Assembly: GCA_044359815.1 (NCBI GenBank)
Contig: JBIKLL010000012.1
Location: forward strand, 1 to 50,401
DNA from: Pseudobdellovibrionaceae bacterium
Lineage (GTDB): Bacteria; Bdellovibrionota; Bdellovibrionia; Bdellovibrionales; Bdellovibrionaceae
Reading direction: 5' to 3'
DNA length: 50,401 nt
The notes under the pieces are model-generated. The model ran no database searches, had not been told where the DNA came from, and was given only the letters and a program-made list of their open reading frames with translations. The translations under genes and the position numbers were made by a program. This document shows, piece by piece, positions 1-8,429 of the stretch. Position 1 is the first letter of the stretch; the number at the start of each line of letters is the position of its first letter.

Positions 1-399
1 TTTTAGCTCATCATTAACCCACAGTTTGATGGACAGTTTATCCAAAAGCTCCAGCTGTTTGATTGAAAATGAGGCAGATACAGGGCAAGACTCTGAAAAG
101 GATTTGCTGAGCGTCCAGGGGTGGCCATTTTTTTTGGCCTCTGTTTGCAGTTTTCTTTCGGTCAAATCCAAGGCTATGGCGCCGTCAATGATGTGCATGT
201 AAGGGCTAAACTTAAGAGCCAATTCAACCTCGTGGTGAACTTCCTCGGTCCAATGGGGCAGTACTATTTCTGTTGAATTCACACTGGCGCAGCTGCCGGC
301 CTTTAAAAAAATCATGGGTTTTGTTGGAATTTCTGCGTTCATTTCTTTGGCGTGATCGGCAAAATTTCTGCCTACAGCCCATATGTTTCGGATAATCAC
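1..399 (-). CDS. Fumarylacetoacetate hydrolase (FAH) family protein, partial (3' end runs off the window)
   Basis: Not in the ORF track. Manual translation from GTG at 399 gives MIIRNIWAVGRNFADHAKEM...PMIFLK...EEVHHEVEL...ALDLTERKLQ...PWTLSKSF, which are typical FAH motifs. GTGA overlap with the upstream gene's stop. Confidence 0.9.
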   Translation of the reverse strand, partial: MIIRNIWAVGRNFADHAKEMNAEIPTKPMIFLKAGSCASVNSTEIVLPHWTEEVHHEVELALKFSPYMHIIDGAIALDLTERKLQTEAKKNGHPWTLSKSFSESCPVSASFSIKQLELLDKLSIKLWVNDELK

Positions 400-875
400 A
401 AAACTCCCTCAGTGACAAAATGCCACAGACCATCGCCCACATTAAAAACCATAAAGCCCCCAGGTGCACAATCAAACTGAACGTCCTGAGCCATATCAGA
501 TTTGCTAAACACAGCTTTTAAAAAATTTTGGATCCAATCCAAATGAGTGCAGGCAATAATGTGGGTTTTTGAAGCTTCGGCATTTTTAATAAATACATTT
601 ATGCGATTTAAAAATTCATCTGAATCTTCGTTTTCACTGCGTTCATCCAGAAAGCTTAAAGCTTGCTTTTTAAAGTTATGTTTTTGGCAGTAAAAGCTGA
701 CTGTTTGTTCGCACCTTTTTTTGGGTGAATGAAAAACTGTCTGAATGGGGTCACCAAAAATATCGGCAACCTGAGTCACCAAATTTTGACTTTTGGCTAA
801 ACCGTATTCGGTCAATTGTGGGTCACCATTTAAGCTTCGCGATCGTTCACAGTGTCGTAGAATCATGATTTGCAT
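396..875 (-). CDS. Histidine phosphatase superfamily protein (SixA/phosphoglycerate mutase-like)
   Basis: N-terminal LRH motif, LTEYG, HSPKKRCEQT and C-terminal CTH. Confidence 0.8.
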   Translation of the reverse strand: MQIMILRHCERSRSLNGDPQLTEYGLAKSQNLVTQVADIFGDPIQTVFHSPKKRCEQTVSFYCQKHNFKKQALSFLDERSENEDSDEFLNRINVFIKNAEASKTHIIACTHLDWIQNFLKAVFSKSDMAQDVQFDCAPGGFMVFNVGDGLWHFVTEGVL

Positions 876-888
876 GATTTTACTATAA

Positions 889-1800
889 ATGTTAGGTGAT
901 AATGATTCAATGAGAGTTCACAGATTTGTTTCAAATGATTTTACTGTTAGGGCTGCAGCAGTTAATGCTACAAATGCTGTCATTGAAATGCAGACCCTTC
1001 AAAAAAGCTTGCCGCTGGCTACCATTGCGGTAGGCCGGGCCATGGTGGGTGCTTTATTAATGGCCAGCCATCAAAAAGAAAATCAGGAAGTCGGAATATT
1101 GTTATCTGGAAACGGTCCGCTGGTCAGCGTTTATGCCCAAGCCAGTTTTGAAGGTTTGGTCAGGGGCTATTGTCCCAATCCAGAGTATTTTGCTGGCGAA
1201 ACTAAGGATCAAACCAATCTTAAAAAAGCCATGGGAAATGGTTTTTTAACTGTGACTAAGCAGCAACCATTCCAGCGACAACCCTACACGGGGACAGTGC
1301 AAATGGTATCCGGGGAAGTCGGTGAGGATCTGGCTTTTTATCTGCACCAATCCCACCAAATTCGATCAGTGGTAAATTTAGGGGTTTATTTGGATTCCTA
1401 TGGCAAAGTTCAGGCAGCCGGCGGAGTGTTGATTGAGGTCATGCCCGGCGTTGAGGATGAGGTTGTCGAAACCATCGAGGCTAATTCTCAGAAGCAGACT
1501 CAGTCAGTGTCTGAACTGATTCAAAAGGGTGGGGATGTCAGTCATTTGGTATCAAAATACCTTGAGCAAATTAAATTCACTGAAATCCCTCATGACTATC
1601 CCATCAAATATTCGTGCCCCTGCACCGCCGAAAGAGTGATTCGGGCTATGAGCTTGCTTTCCTTTAAAGATCTTGATGAGATGATTGAAGAGGCAAAACT
1701 GACAGAAGTCGGGTGCCAAATGTGCGGCAAAATTTATTCAATCACAGTGCAGGAACTGAAAGATCTGCGGCTGCAATTACACAAAAATTCTCTCAATTAA
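889..1800 (+). CDS. hslO: Hsp33 redox-regulated chaperone
   Basis: C-terminal CPC...CQMC zinc motif, AAGG..IEVMPG, SHQIRS. The true start may be ATG 910. Confidence 0.92.
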   Translation: MLGDNDSMRVHRFVSNDFTVRAAAVNATNAVIEMQTLQKSLPLATIAVGRAMVGALLMASHQKENQEVGILLSGNGPLVSVYAQASFEGLVRGYCPNPEYFAGETKDQTNLKKAMGNGFLTVTKQQPFQRQPYTGTVQMVSGEVGEDLAFYLHQSHQIRSVVNLGVYLDSYGKVQAAGGVLIEVMPGVEDEVVETIEANSQKQTQSVSELIQKGGDVSHLVSKYLEQIKFTEIPHDYPIKYSCPCTAERVIRAMSLLSFKDLDEMIEEAKLTEVGCQMCGKIYSITVQELKDLRLQLHKNSLN

Positions 1801-1818
1801 TTGGATTTTTTGGCTCAT

Positions 1819-1845
1819 ACAATGGGCCCAGTCGGGGCCATTGTT
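1819..1845 (+). terminator. Imperfect hairpin after hslO, possible terminator
   Basis: ACAATGG...CCATTGT stem with a GC-rich centre, 19 nt after the stop. The U-tract is weak. Confidence 0.4.
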
Positions 1846-1920
1846 CTCCAATGAAAATTCATTTATAAGTTAACAAAAACTTAGGTTGCTTTGGGCTGAT
1901 TTTTTTGCAACGAATATTAT

Positions 1921-2619
1921 ATGGAAAAAATAAAAGTTCTTGTTGTGGAAGATGAAGAGGCTATTAGGCAGGGTTTGCTTGAAGAATTCACCGCTGAAGG
2001 GTTTGAAATACAAGGACTTCCCAACGGGGATTTGTTTATTAAGTCCCTGTCGGAGTTTGGTCCTGACGTTGTGATACTGGATGAAATGATGCCGGGTAAA
2101 CGGGGGCGCGAACTGGTCACGCAGATGCGGGAAAACAATCAGTTTAATAAAATTGCCGTTATGATGTTAACCGGAGTCGTGGGCGAGAACGAAAAAATCT
2201 CGGCCTTGGAATCCGGCGCTGATGACTATGTGACGAAACCGTTTTCTGTGCGCGAAGTTTTGGCCAGGACAAGAGCCTTATCCAGACGAAGCGTTGTTCA
2301 GAAATCGGCGGCGCTGCCCAGTCAAGCTTCCCTAAGTTTTGGCCCCATCAAGGTAGACGTTAAAAGCTACAGAGCTTGGAATAATGATCAAGAAGTCAGT
2401 TTGACTCTGACTGAGTTTAAAATATTAGCGGAATTGCTAAACCAAAGTGGTTTGGTATTAACCCGTGATAATTTGCGCGAAAAAGCCCTTTCCAATTTAA
2501 ATGTGACTGACAGAACCATAGACGTTCACATGGCATCGCTTCGTAAAAAGTTGGGATCCTCGGGGGATTTAATTGAAACGGTAAGGGGCGTTGGTTACCG
2601 TTTGGTCACAGCTCAATAG
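1921..2619 (+). CDS. OmpR/PhoB-family response regulator with no adjacent kinase
   Basis: VVEDE, ILDEMMP, GADDYVTKPF, and winged-helix DRTIDVH...IETVRGVGY. Confidence 0.95.
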   Translation: MEKIKVLVVEDEEAIRQGLLEEFTAEGFEIQGLPNGDLFIKSLSEFGPDVVILDEMMPGKRGRELVTQMRENNQFNKIAVMMLTGVVGENEKISALESGADDYVTKPFSVREVLARTRALSRRSVVQKSAALPSQASLSFGPIKVDVKSYRAWNNDQEVSLTLTEFKILAELLNQSGLVLTRDNLREKALSNLNVTDRTIDVHMASLRKKLGSSGDLIETVRGVGYRLVTAQ

Positions 2620-3098
2620 CCAATAACATTTATTTATAGCATTCAGAACCCATCAATTTTGCGCGGCAGGAAGGTGGAGCTTTTTGCTCCCCTTCCAAAA
2701 AGACAAGGATGGGTGATGGGCCTAGTTGCTCTGTCATGGATGCCGCGATTGCGGGAAGAGCAGATTCTTGTAAATTGATTAAAGCAAAGCCCGAGCCAAG
2801 TTTGTGACGACAAAAAATATTTTGTTTTTTCAATGGGTTAAACAACAGTGGTGTCATTTTATTTGAAGGGCCCTTTTAGGCCTGACAAACTGTTGGATAA
2901 TTTAACACCACTCAGAGCGATAAATTGCTGATAATTTCAGCGACTTACAGATGTTCAATCTTTGCTTTGGTTTTGGGGTGTCGAACTTTTTCAAATCAGA
3001 GGATTTTGAGCGATTAAAATAGATTAATAATATCAATGGTTTGTGCCTACGATCCGCTGGATCCTTTATTGAAATAGGATCCCTGTATCGAGAGGTGA

Positions 3099-3728
3099 GT
3101 GATGAGAATGTGGATGGGGTTTTTATTTGTAGCCCCAATTTTTGCTTTTGCACTGCAGGCCTGTGGGCCTAAAGCCAAAAATCAGGATGACTGTGGTTTT
3201 GTCCAAAACGTTTATGGCGAACGTATTTCTTGGAAAGACCGATTACCCATATTGTTATATGTGCATCAATCTGTCCCATCACAGTACTATTCTGCCATCG
3301 AAAGCGCCGTGGCGACCTGGGAAGCAGCAGCAGGCAAGCCCATGTTCAGGATCGTTGGATATGGTGTTTATGGAGCCAATGAGCCCACTCAAGAGGGCAT
3401 TAACATGATCTATCTGCTAAATACTTGGGAAGCCAATAAAAGTTCTGAACAGGGTAGGACCTCTGTTTATTGGATTGGCGATGAAATCCGTGAAGCTGAC
3501 ATCAGAATCAATGCAAAAGATTTTACCTTTTATCAAGCCAGCGAAAATGCAAAGTTTGGCCAAGTAAATATTGAAAGCTTGCTTATACACGAGCTGGGTC
3601 ATGTCTTGGGCCTTAAACACAATGACACGGTTTCCAGCAGCGTAATGGGAACCTATTTAATGAGTGAGCAGCAGCGAACCACATTAACTGGTGTCGATCG
3701 CAGTAACTTAATTTGTGAGTATCAATGA
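3099..3728 (+). CDS. Matrixin (M10)-like zinc metalloprotease, predicted lipoprotein
   Basis: HELGHVLGLKH zinc motif, Met-turn SVM, lipobox-like LQAC. Confidence 0.88.
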   Translation: MMRMWMGFLFVAPIFAFALQACGPKAKNQDDCGFVQNVYGERISWKDRLPILLYVHQSVPSQYYSAIESAVATWEAAAGKPMFRIVGYGVYGANEPTQEGINMIYLLNTWEANKSSEQGRTSVYWIGDEIREADIRINAKDFTFYQASENAKFGQVNIESLLIHELGHVLGLKHNDTVSSSVMGTYLMSEQQRTTLTGVDRSNLICEYQ

Positions 3729-3804
3729 AATTAGTTTATGTAAGGTAATTTAAGTTGTTGAAACGGAAATATAGCCCCTAGACTAATTAACGGTAGGAGA
3801 AAAT

Positions 3805-4032
3805 ATGAAAACAATCGATTCAGTACAAACCTTAAATACTAAGACACAGATGCCACAGGATTCGGTTAATTCATTAGAGATTTCTCAGACTGTTTATCGC
3901 GAACTGGACACTGTGCCTGTGCAAAATTTTGATGTCATTGAACAAATCAGAATGCAATTGGCCACCATAGCTGAAAAGCAGGCGAAGGTTGGATTTTTAA
4001 TGCGAGAAGTTTCTTACCTTTTAAAACGATAA
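3805..4032 (+). CDS. Small hypothetical protein with a C-terminal coiled coil
   Basis: AGGAG Shine-Dalgarno upstream of the ATG; fits between two co-directional genes. Confidence 0.65.
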   Translation: MKTIDSVQTLNTKTQMPQDSVNSLEISQTVYRELDTVPVQNFDVIEQIRMQLATIAEKQAKVGFLMREVSYLLKR

Positions 4033-4036
4033 ATCA

Positions 4037-4702
4037 TTGCCGGTACTGGTTGTCTTTCCCTTAAAAGCCGAATTCAAAAAATTTTTTGAAGCTCATAGTT
4101 TGTTGACTGGTGCTCAAACAGATCTGAATCAGGTTTCTGGTTTTAAATCCCTTGTCTATAAACACCCACGCAAAAATATTTATTTTGCTATAGGCGGGTT
4201 GGGTAAAGCTCAGGTTGCAGTCTCAATTTCAGAAATTTTAAGTAAACTTAAGATCAGCAAAATTTTGGTCCTAGGCTGCTGTGGTGCTTTAACTAAACAG
4301 CATGCCGTTGGCGATATTGTTAGTGCTGTTAAAATTATTGATTGTGATTGGAACAGTAAATATTTGAATCAAAATGGACGAGAGTTTTTGCTAAAGCCCA
4401 TTGAAAATTTGAATTATGAGGGGCGTACGCATAAATCCAGTATACTGAGTGTGGAGCAAGAGATCGCATCCGGGGATCAATCGCAGAGTTTAATCAGTCG
4501 TTTTGGCCATGGCGTTGTTGCCATGGAAAGTGCTGGTGGGATTGTTGCCGCTAAACATTTTTCAACACCTTATTTTGAAATCCGTGCAGTTTCAGATCAT
4601 TGTGATTCAGAAAGTCTTGGAAATTTTAATCAAGGTCTGACTGAAGCCATGTCAAATTTAGCTAAACTTTTTTGTTGTATGACAGAATTTTTGGAATCTT
4701 AA
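4037..4702 (+). CDS. MTA/SAH nucleosidase-like protein (PNP/UDP phosphorylase fold)
   Basis: GGLGK, LGCCGAL, VAMESAG and IRAVSD motifs. Overlaps the 3' end of the convergent gene by 41 nt. Confidence 0.8.
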   Translation: MPVLVVFPLKAEFKKFFEAHSLLTGAQTDLNQVSGFKSLVYKHPRKNIYFAIGGLGKAQVAVSISEILSKLKISKILVLGCCGALTKQHAVGDIVSAVKIIDCDWNSKYLNQNGREFLLKPIENLNYEGRTHKSSILSVEQEIASGDQSQSLISRFGHGVVAMESAGGIVAAKHFSTPYFEIRAVSDHCDSESLGNFNQGLTEAMSNLAKLFCCMTEFLES

Positions 4703-6224
4703 AAATAACTTCATCGCCCCGTCGCTCTTGAGTGATGGCTTTGTGGTAAACGGGTTGTTCAAATGCAAATTCCTCTCGGAATGTTTGATAGGAATTAGTG
4801 CTCAGTTTTTTGCCCTGTTGATCCAAATTGTCAGCAAAAGATCTGTTTCCTGAAACCGTGACCTTGTCGGGTTGTATTCTGACCTTTATGTTTTCTTTTT
4901 CGTGCTCTGGGATAAAGGCGCTCAATGCATAGTAATCGCCTTCATCTTGAAATCGTGATTCTTTGGATTGAATTTTGTAAAAGGGGTCTTCTTTGCGATT
5001 GTCATATTTTTCTAATTTAGCGACTTGTTCTGATTTAGCTTCGGTTAAAGCCCTGGTGTACATCTGATTTTGCGATCTTAAGGTGTCGTCAGAAGCACGC
5101 TTTAGATTTTCTGTCATGGACTGGTACTGATCCCGATCCCGTTTAAGGTTTTTGGAATACACTTGTTTGTTTCGAGCCACCTGACCATCATAATCCTGCT
5201 GTATTTCTTTGTTTCTGAATTCAAATTGCTTTTGCTTTTTTTCAAGCTCATTTTTAAGTGTCAGATCGGTCTTTAATACTTCACGTTCGGATTTTTCTTG
5301 GGCTTCCTTGATCCTTTGATTGCCTTTTTCACTAACCTGGCTCAACTGACGCTGTTGCAGATTCTGCAGATTGTCGCGCTTGGATTGAGTTTTTTGCATT
5401 TCAATCTTCATATCAGCAATATTTTGCTCTCTGAGTTTCTCAATCTGAGTTTTGTTTTTCACGACAGCGTCTTGGACTTGGTTTTGAAATTTACCCTGCA
5501 AAACTCGAATCCGATTTTCTCCATCAGATTTTTCGGTTTCTAATTTGTTGGCAACTTGTTCACGGACCTGACCGATTCGGGTGTTGGCGTCCTCTTTTAC
5601 CTTGGTCAACGAAGTCTCGCGTTCCTTTTGGACTTCCATCATGCTTTTTTCATACTGTTGTCTTAGATTTGAAAGCTTTTGGTTGTTTGTGACTTCGATT
5701 TTCTTGCGCTGAAGCTCTGCTTTTTCTTTCACATCTGAAACCTGGGCACGGGCTTGTTCCCGGGCTTTGTTCAGCAATTCCTGTTGATTGCTTAAGAATT
5801 CATCAGATCTGCGCAGTTGGATTTGTTTTGCTTTTTCTTCGCGTTCAGAAAGCTGTCTGAGCGAATCATCCACGGTTTGCTTTTTTTGCTCAATCTGTTG
5901 ATCTAAGGTTCTTTTGTTTTGTTCAGCGTATCGTTTTAGCGAGTCGGCCAATCTTTGATCGCGCAATTCTTGTTGGCGCAGTTTTTCTTGGGCAGAGGAC
6001 TGGGCTTCTGCCAGTTTTTGAGATCCCGATTTTTTAATGTGACTGATGGCAGCTTCGTTGGTGGATTCGATATCTTGACGCTGTTGCTGGTAAGTTTCCC
6101 GGATATTACTCAGATCTTGCTGTTGGTCATTGGAAATTTGCTTTCGCTTTTTGCGATATTCCTTTTGCATTTCATTTATAACTTCGGCCTGGTCACGCCG
6201 TCGTTCGCTGATCTCTGATGACAT
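4662..6224 (-). CDS. Long coiled-coil protein with a C-terminal Hsp20/alpha-crystallin domain
   Basis: About 410 aa of Q/K/E-rich heptad sequence, then DEGDYYALSAFIP...IKVRI...VTVSG...F.EEF...IFKIPK, the ACD pattern. Confidence 0.75.
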   Translation of the reverse strand: MSSEISERRRDQAEVINEMQKEYRKKRKQISNDQQQDLSNIRETYQQQRQDIESTNEAAISHIKKSGSQKLAEAQSSAQEKLRQQELRDQRLADSLKRYAEQNKRTLDQQIEQKKQTVDDSLRQLSEREEKAKQIQLRRSDEFLSNQQELLNKAREQARAQVSDVKEKAELQRKKIEVTNNQKLSNLRQQYEKSMMEVQKERETSLTKVKEDANTRIGQVREQVANKLETEKSDGENRIRVLQGKFQNQVQDAVVKNKTQIEKLREQNIADMKIEMQKTQSKRDNLQNLQQRQLSQVSEKGNQRIKEAQEKSEREVLKTDLTLKNELEKKQKQFEFRNKEIQQDYDGQVARNKQVYSKNLKRDRDQYQSMTENLKRASDDTLRSQNQMYTRALTEAKSEQVAKLEKYDNRKEDPFYKIQSKESRFQDEGDYYALSAFIPEHEKENIKVRIQPDKVTVSGNRSFADNLDQQGKKLSTNSYQTFREEFAFEQPVYHKAITQERRGDEVIFKIPKILSYNKKV

Positions 6225-6270
6225 AGCCTATATTGTAATTGAATTGCGTCGAAAAAGATTTTTTCTGTGA

Positions 6271-6588
6271 TTATTTTGAACCTTGGTCTTGAGCAGGAGC
6301 TCGTGATTGCTGTTCGGATGGAACTGGTGGAGTAGGGCTGTTTTGGCCGTTTGGGCTGGGGCAGATATCTTTGAAGTCCATCGTGGGTCCATAACACATC
6401 CAGGTGTCTGTGTAAGTCAGGCTTTGGCCCTGGGGAACTATAAAAAAGTCCTGGTATTGGATGGGATCCAGAGTTGATTTAACAGTGCGAACGGTTTCGC
6501 CCTTGTCGTTTTTGAATGTTAACAAAAAAGCCCGGTATTCAGCATGGGAGTGAATACTAAAAAATAGAATTAGAAAGGATGGAATCAT
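6271..6588 (-). CDS. Hypothetical secreted protein
   Basis: Signal peptide MIPSFLILFFSIHSHA, TWMCYG motif, Pro-rich tail. ATG 6588 preferred over the track start at 6612. Confidence 0.7.
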   Translation of the reverse strand: MIPSFLILFFSIHSHAEYRAFLLTFKNDKGETVRTVKSTLDPIQYQDFFIVPQGQSLTYTDTWMCYGPTMDFKDICPSPNGQNSPTPPVPSEQQSRAPAQDQGSK

Positions 6589-6595
6589 TACCCTT

Positions 6596-6622
6596 CTATC
6601 GGCAGATATCAAAAAATCTCTA
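6596..6622 (-). promoter_or_regulatory. Putative sigma28 (FliA) promoter
   Basis: The minus strand reads TAGAG-N14-GCCGATAG (consensus TAAAG-N14/15-GCCGATAA), 7 nt before ATG 6588. Confidence 0.5.
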
Positions 6623-6632
6623 ACTAGCCCAG

Positions 6633-6821
6633 TTGAGTATTGCTGATTTTGAATTTAAAAAATCTAATTATATGATTTTATTTAAAATGACCACAGCTCT
6701 TAGTTTAATATCTTTGTGCAGATCGCTCGGGCCAAGCCCCCGCCGTCCAGGCTCCGCAGAGGGTCATTTTAAATAAAATCATATAATTAGATTTTTTAAA
6801 TTCAAAATCAGCAATACTCAA
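6633..6821. repeat. Palindromic element 1: perfect 60-bp inverted repeat around a 69-nt loop
   Basis: 6633-6692 is the exact reverse complement of 6762-6821. Confidence 0.97.
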
Positions 6822-6859
6822 ATGAGTCAGCTAAAAAATTCTTGCGTTTGGATTTACTG

Positions 6860-7023
6860 GGTGCAGAGAGACAAGGTTAAAAAAATAGACCTATTCTTCT
6901 ATTTAAAATGGTTCTCCGCGGAGCCAGGATGGCGAGGGCAAAGCCCGAGTGGCTGAGGCAGGATGCCGTAACCATTATAAATAGAAGAATAGGTCTATTT
7001 TTTTAACCTTGTCTCTCTGCACC
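6860..7023. repeat. Palindromic element 2: 54-bp inverted repeat (1 mismatch) around a 56-nt GC-rich loop
   Basis: 6860-6913 pairs with 6970-7023. The loop is homologous to the reverse complement of element 1's loop (29/37 nt). Confidence 0.97.
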
Positions 7024-7050
7024 TATGGTGAGCAGATTTTTGATTGAAGA

Positions 7051-7434
7051 TTAGTGGGGCAGTTCTGAGCCGGCTCGCACTGTGTTTTCGACGATGTGAA
7101 AATAGATTCTTATCAGCATTTCAAAGGATTCTTTATCCAGTGAGCTTAAAAAATCTATTTTATCAAAATAGCTTTTTTTGCCGATTAAATCAGTCATCAC
7201 GTCTTGGACCCTTTTCATTTTATTAAAATCAAAAAAGTCTTTGTCGTCTTGTTTTTGTGAAAACACTTTAGCGATTGAAACATTATCAAAAAGCAAATGA
7301 ATGCCTTGTGCAGATTGTTTCAGTAAAGCTTCCATTCGTTCTAAATTCTTCTCTTGAATTTGGATGTTTGGATTGGCTTGGCTGCTGGTGTTGCCCGAGT
7401 TATTTTTGTTGTTTTGATTGTCATGTGATGACAA
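7051..7434 (-). CDS. Conserved-looking hypothetical helical protein
   Basis: AGGAGG Shine-Dalgarno before a TTG start; protein-like composition (GIHLLFD, YFHIVENT). Confidence 0.75.
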   Translation of the reverse strand: MSSHDNQNNKNNSGNTSSQANPNIQIQEKNLERMEALLKQSAQGIHLLFDNVSIAKVFSQKQDDKDFFDFNKMKRVQDVMTDLIGKKSYFDKIDFLSSLDKESFEMLIRIYFHIVENTVRAGSELPH

Positions 7435-7633
7435 GCACGCCTCCTTGCGAGTCTGTCAGCTTTATGGTCGATAAATTTCTGCTCGATAGCAACCAAAAAG
7501 CTTGACCGGGCGAATAAAGATTTTATTGTGAAATCTGAGGTGAGTTATCGCAAAGTCAAAACTTGTAAGTGGTCAAAAGCAGAAACTAAAATCAAAAGGT
7601 GTTAAGCTTAGAAGACGCAAGAAAAATCAGATT

Positions 7634-8425
7634 GTGATCGATAGACAGGCAGGTCTAGTTTTTGATTCTGAGCCCGAGCTTTTTGCTTTTTTTGATAAAC
7701 AAATAAAATATTTGGAAAAAGAGTACGACTCTTTGGCTCCGGCAGACGATATTGATTCATCTGCCATCCAAAATGAAGCAGATATTTTGGACAGAACTTT
7801 GGAAGAACCCACCGAGATCTGGCACGATTCAAAAACCTTCAAGGAATTTCCTATTTTTCATTTTATCAAGCCGGTCGAAAGTCTAGACGCCTACCATGTG
7901 GCCGTGACCTATGTGTCCAGTGATGACGAACCCACTTTTATATTTATTCATTTTATCACTAAAAGTGCTGAAGTTGTGAATGCCTACAGACGAGGCGATT
8001 TAGTTTACGACAAAGCATTTGAAGAGGTTGGATTTGCCGCCGTAGACGGCGATGCGCTGAGTGAAGGCGATCCCCTGGCCATGGGATTGTTTATAGCAAT
8101 GCTTAAAGTCAGGGCGGATAAGGATGTCGCACAGGATAAATTTATCGACCTGGGCAACGAATTGCGTGAAGACACGATTCAAGAACCTGATGAGATCTGG
8201 AGAAATGCAGACATGCATGGCAATGTGCTGGTGACGTTTATAAAGGATTTTCCTGATCACGATATCAAGGATATGCACTACGTCGCCGTGACCCAAGAAG
8301 ATGCAAATAGCCATGTGCACGCACTGCTATTTTCATTTCCGACCAATGACGTGACTTTGGTGGACCGATACAGACATGGCGAAAACCTACAAGCCGACGA
8401 AGTCGTGCAGGAATCCAGTCACTAA
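7634..8425 (+). CDS. Acidic hypothetical protein with two internal repeats (T..EP.EIW; PBECR2-like fold suspected); start may be ATC 7547
   Basis: TLEEPTEIW..HFIK..HVAVT..YRRGD is repeated as TIQEPDEIW..TFIK..YVAVT..YRHGE. Confidence 0.8.
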   Translation: MIDRQAGLVFDSEPELFAFFDKQIKYLEKEYDSLAPADDIDSSAIQNEADILDRTLEEPTEIWHDSKTFKEFPIFHFIKPVESLDAYHVAVTYVSSDDEPTFIFIHFITKSAEVVNAYRRGDLVYDKAFEEVGFAAVDGDALSEGDPLAMGLFIAMLKVRADKDVAQDKFIDLGNELREDTIQEPDEIWRNADMHGNVLVTFIKDFPDHDIKDMHYVAVTQEDANSHVHALLFSFPTNDVTLVDRYRHGENLQADEVVQESSH

Positions 8426-8429
8426 AATT

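Noticed and set aside
224..475. 83-aa minus-strand ORF from the track
   Set aside because: It overlaps the FAH-family gene (1-399) and the phosphatase in other frames, so it is a shadow ORF.
2630..3153. Two short minus-strand ORFs (2630-2857, 2902-3153)
   Set aside because: No recognisable motifs or clear SD, and the second overlaps the matrixin start. Not supportable as genes.
6633..7023. Simple Rho-independent terminators, or IS terminal repeats
   Set aside because: The stems are 54-60 bp and AT-rich, far longer than terminators. No transposase ORF or clear target-site duplication is visible.
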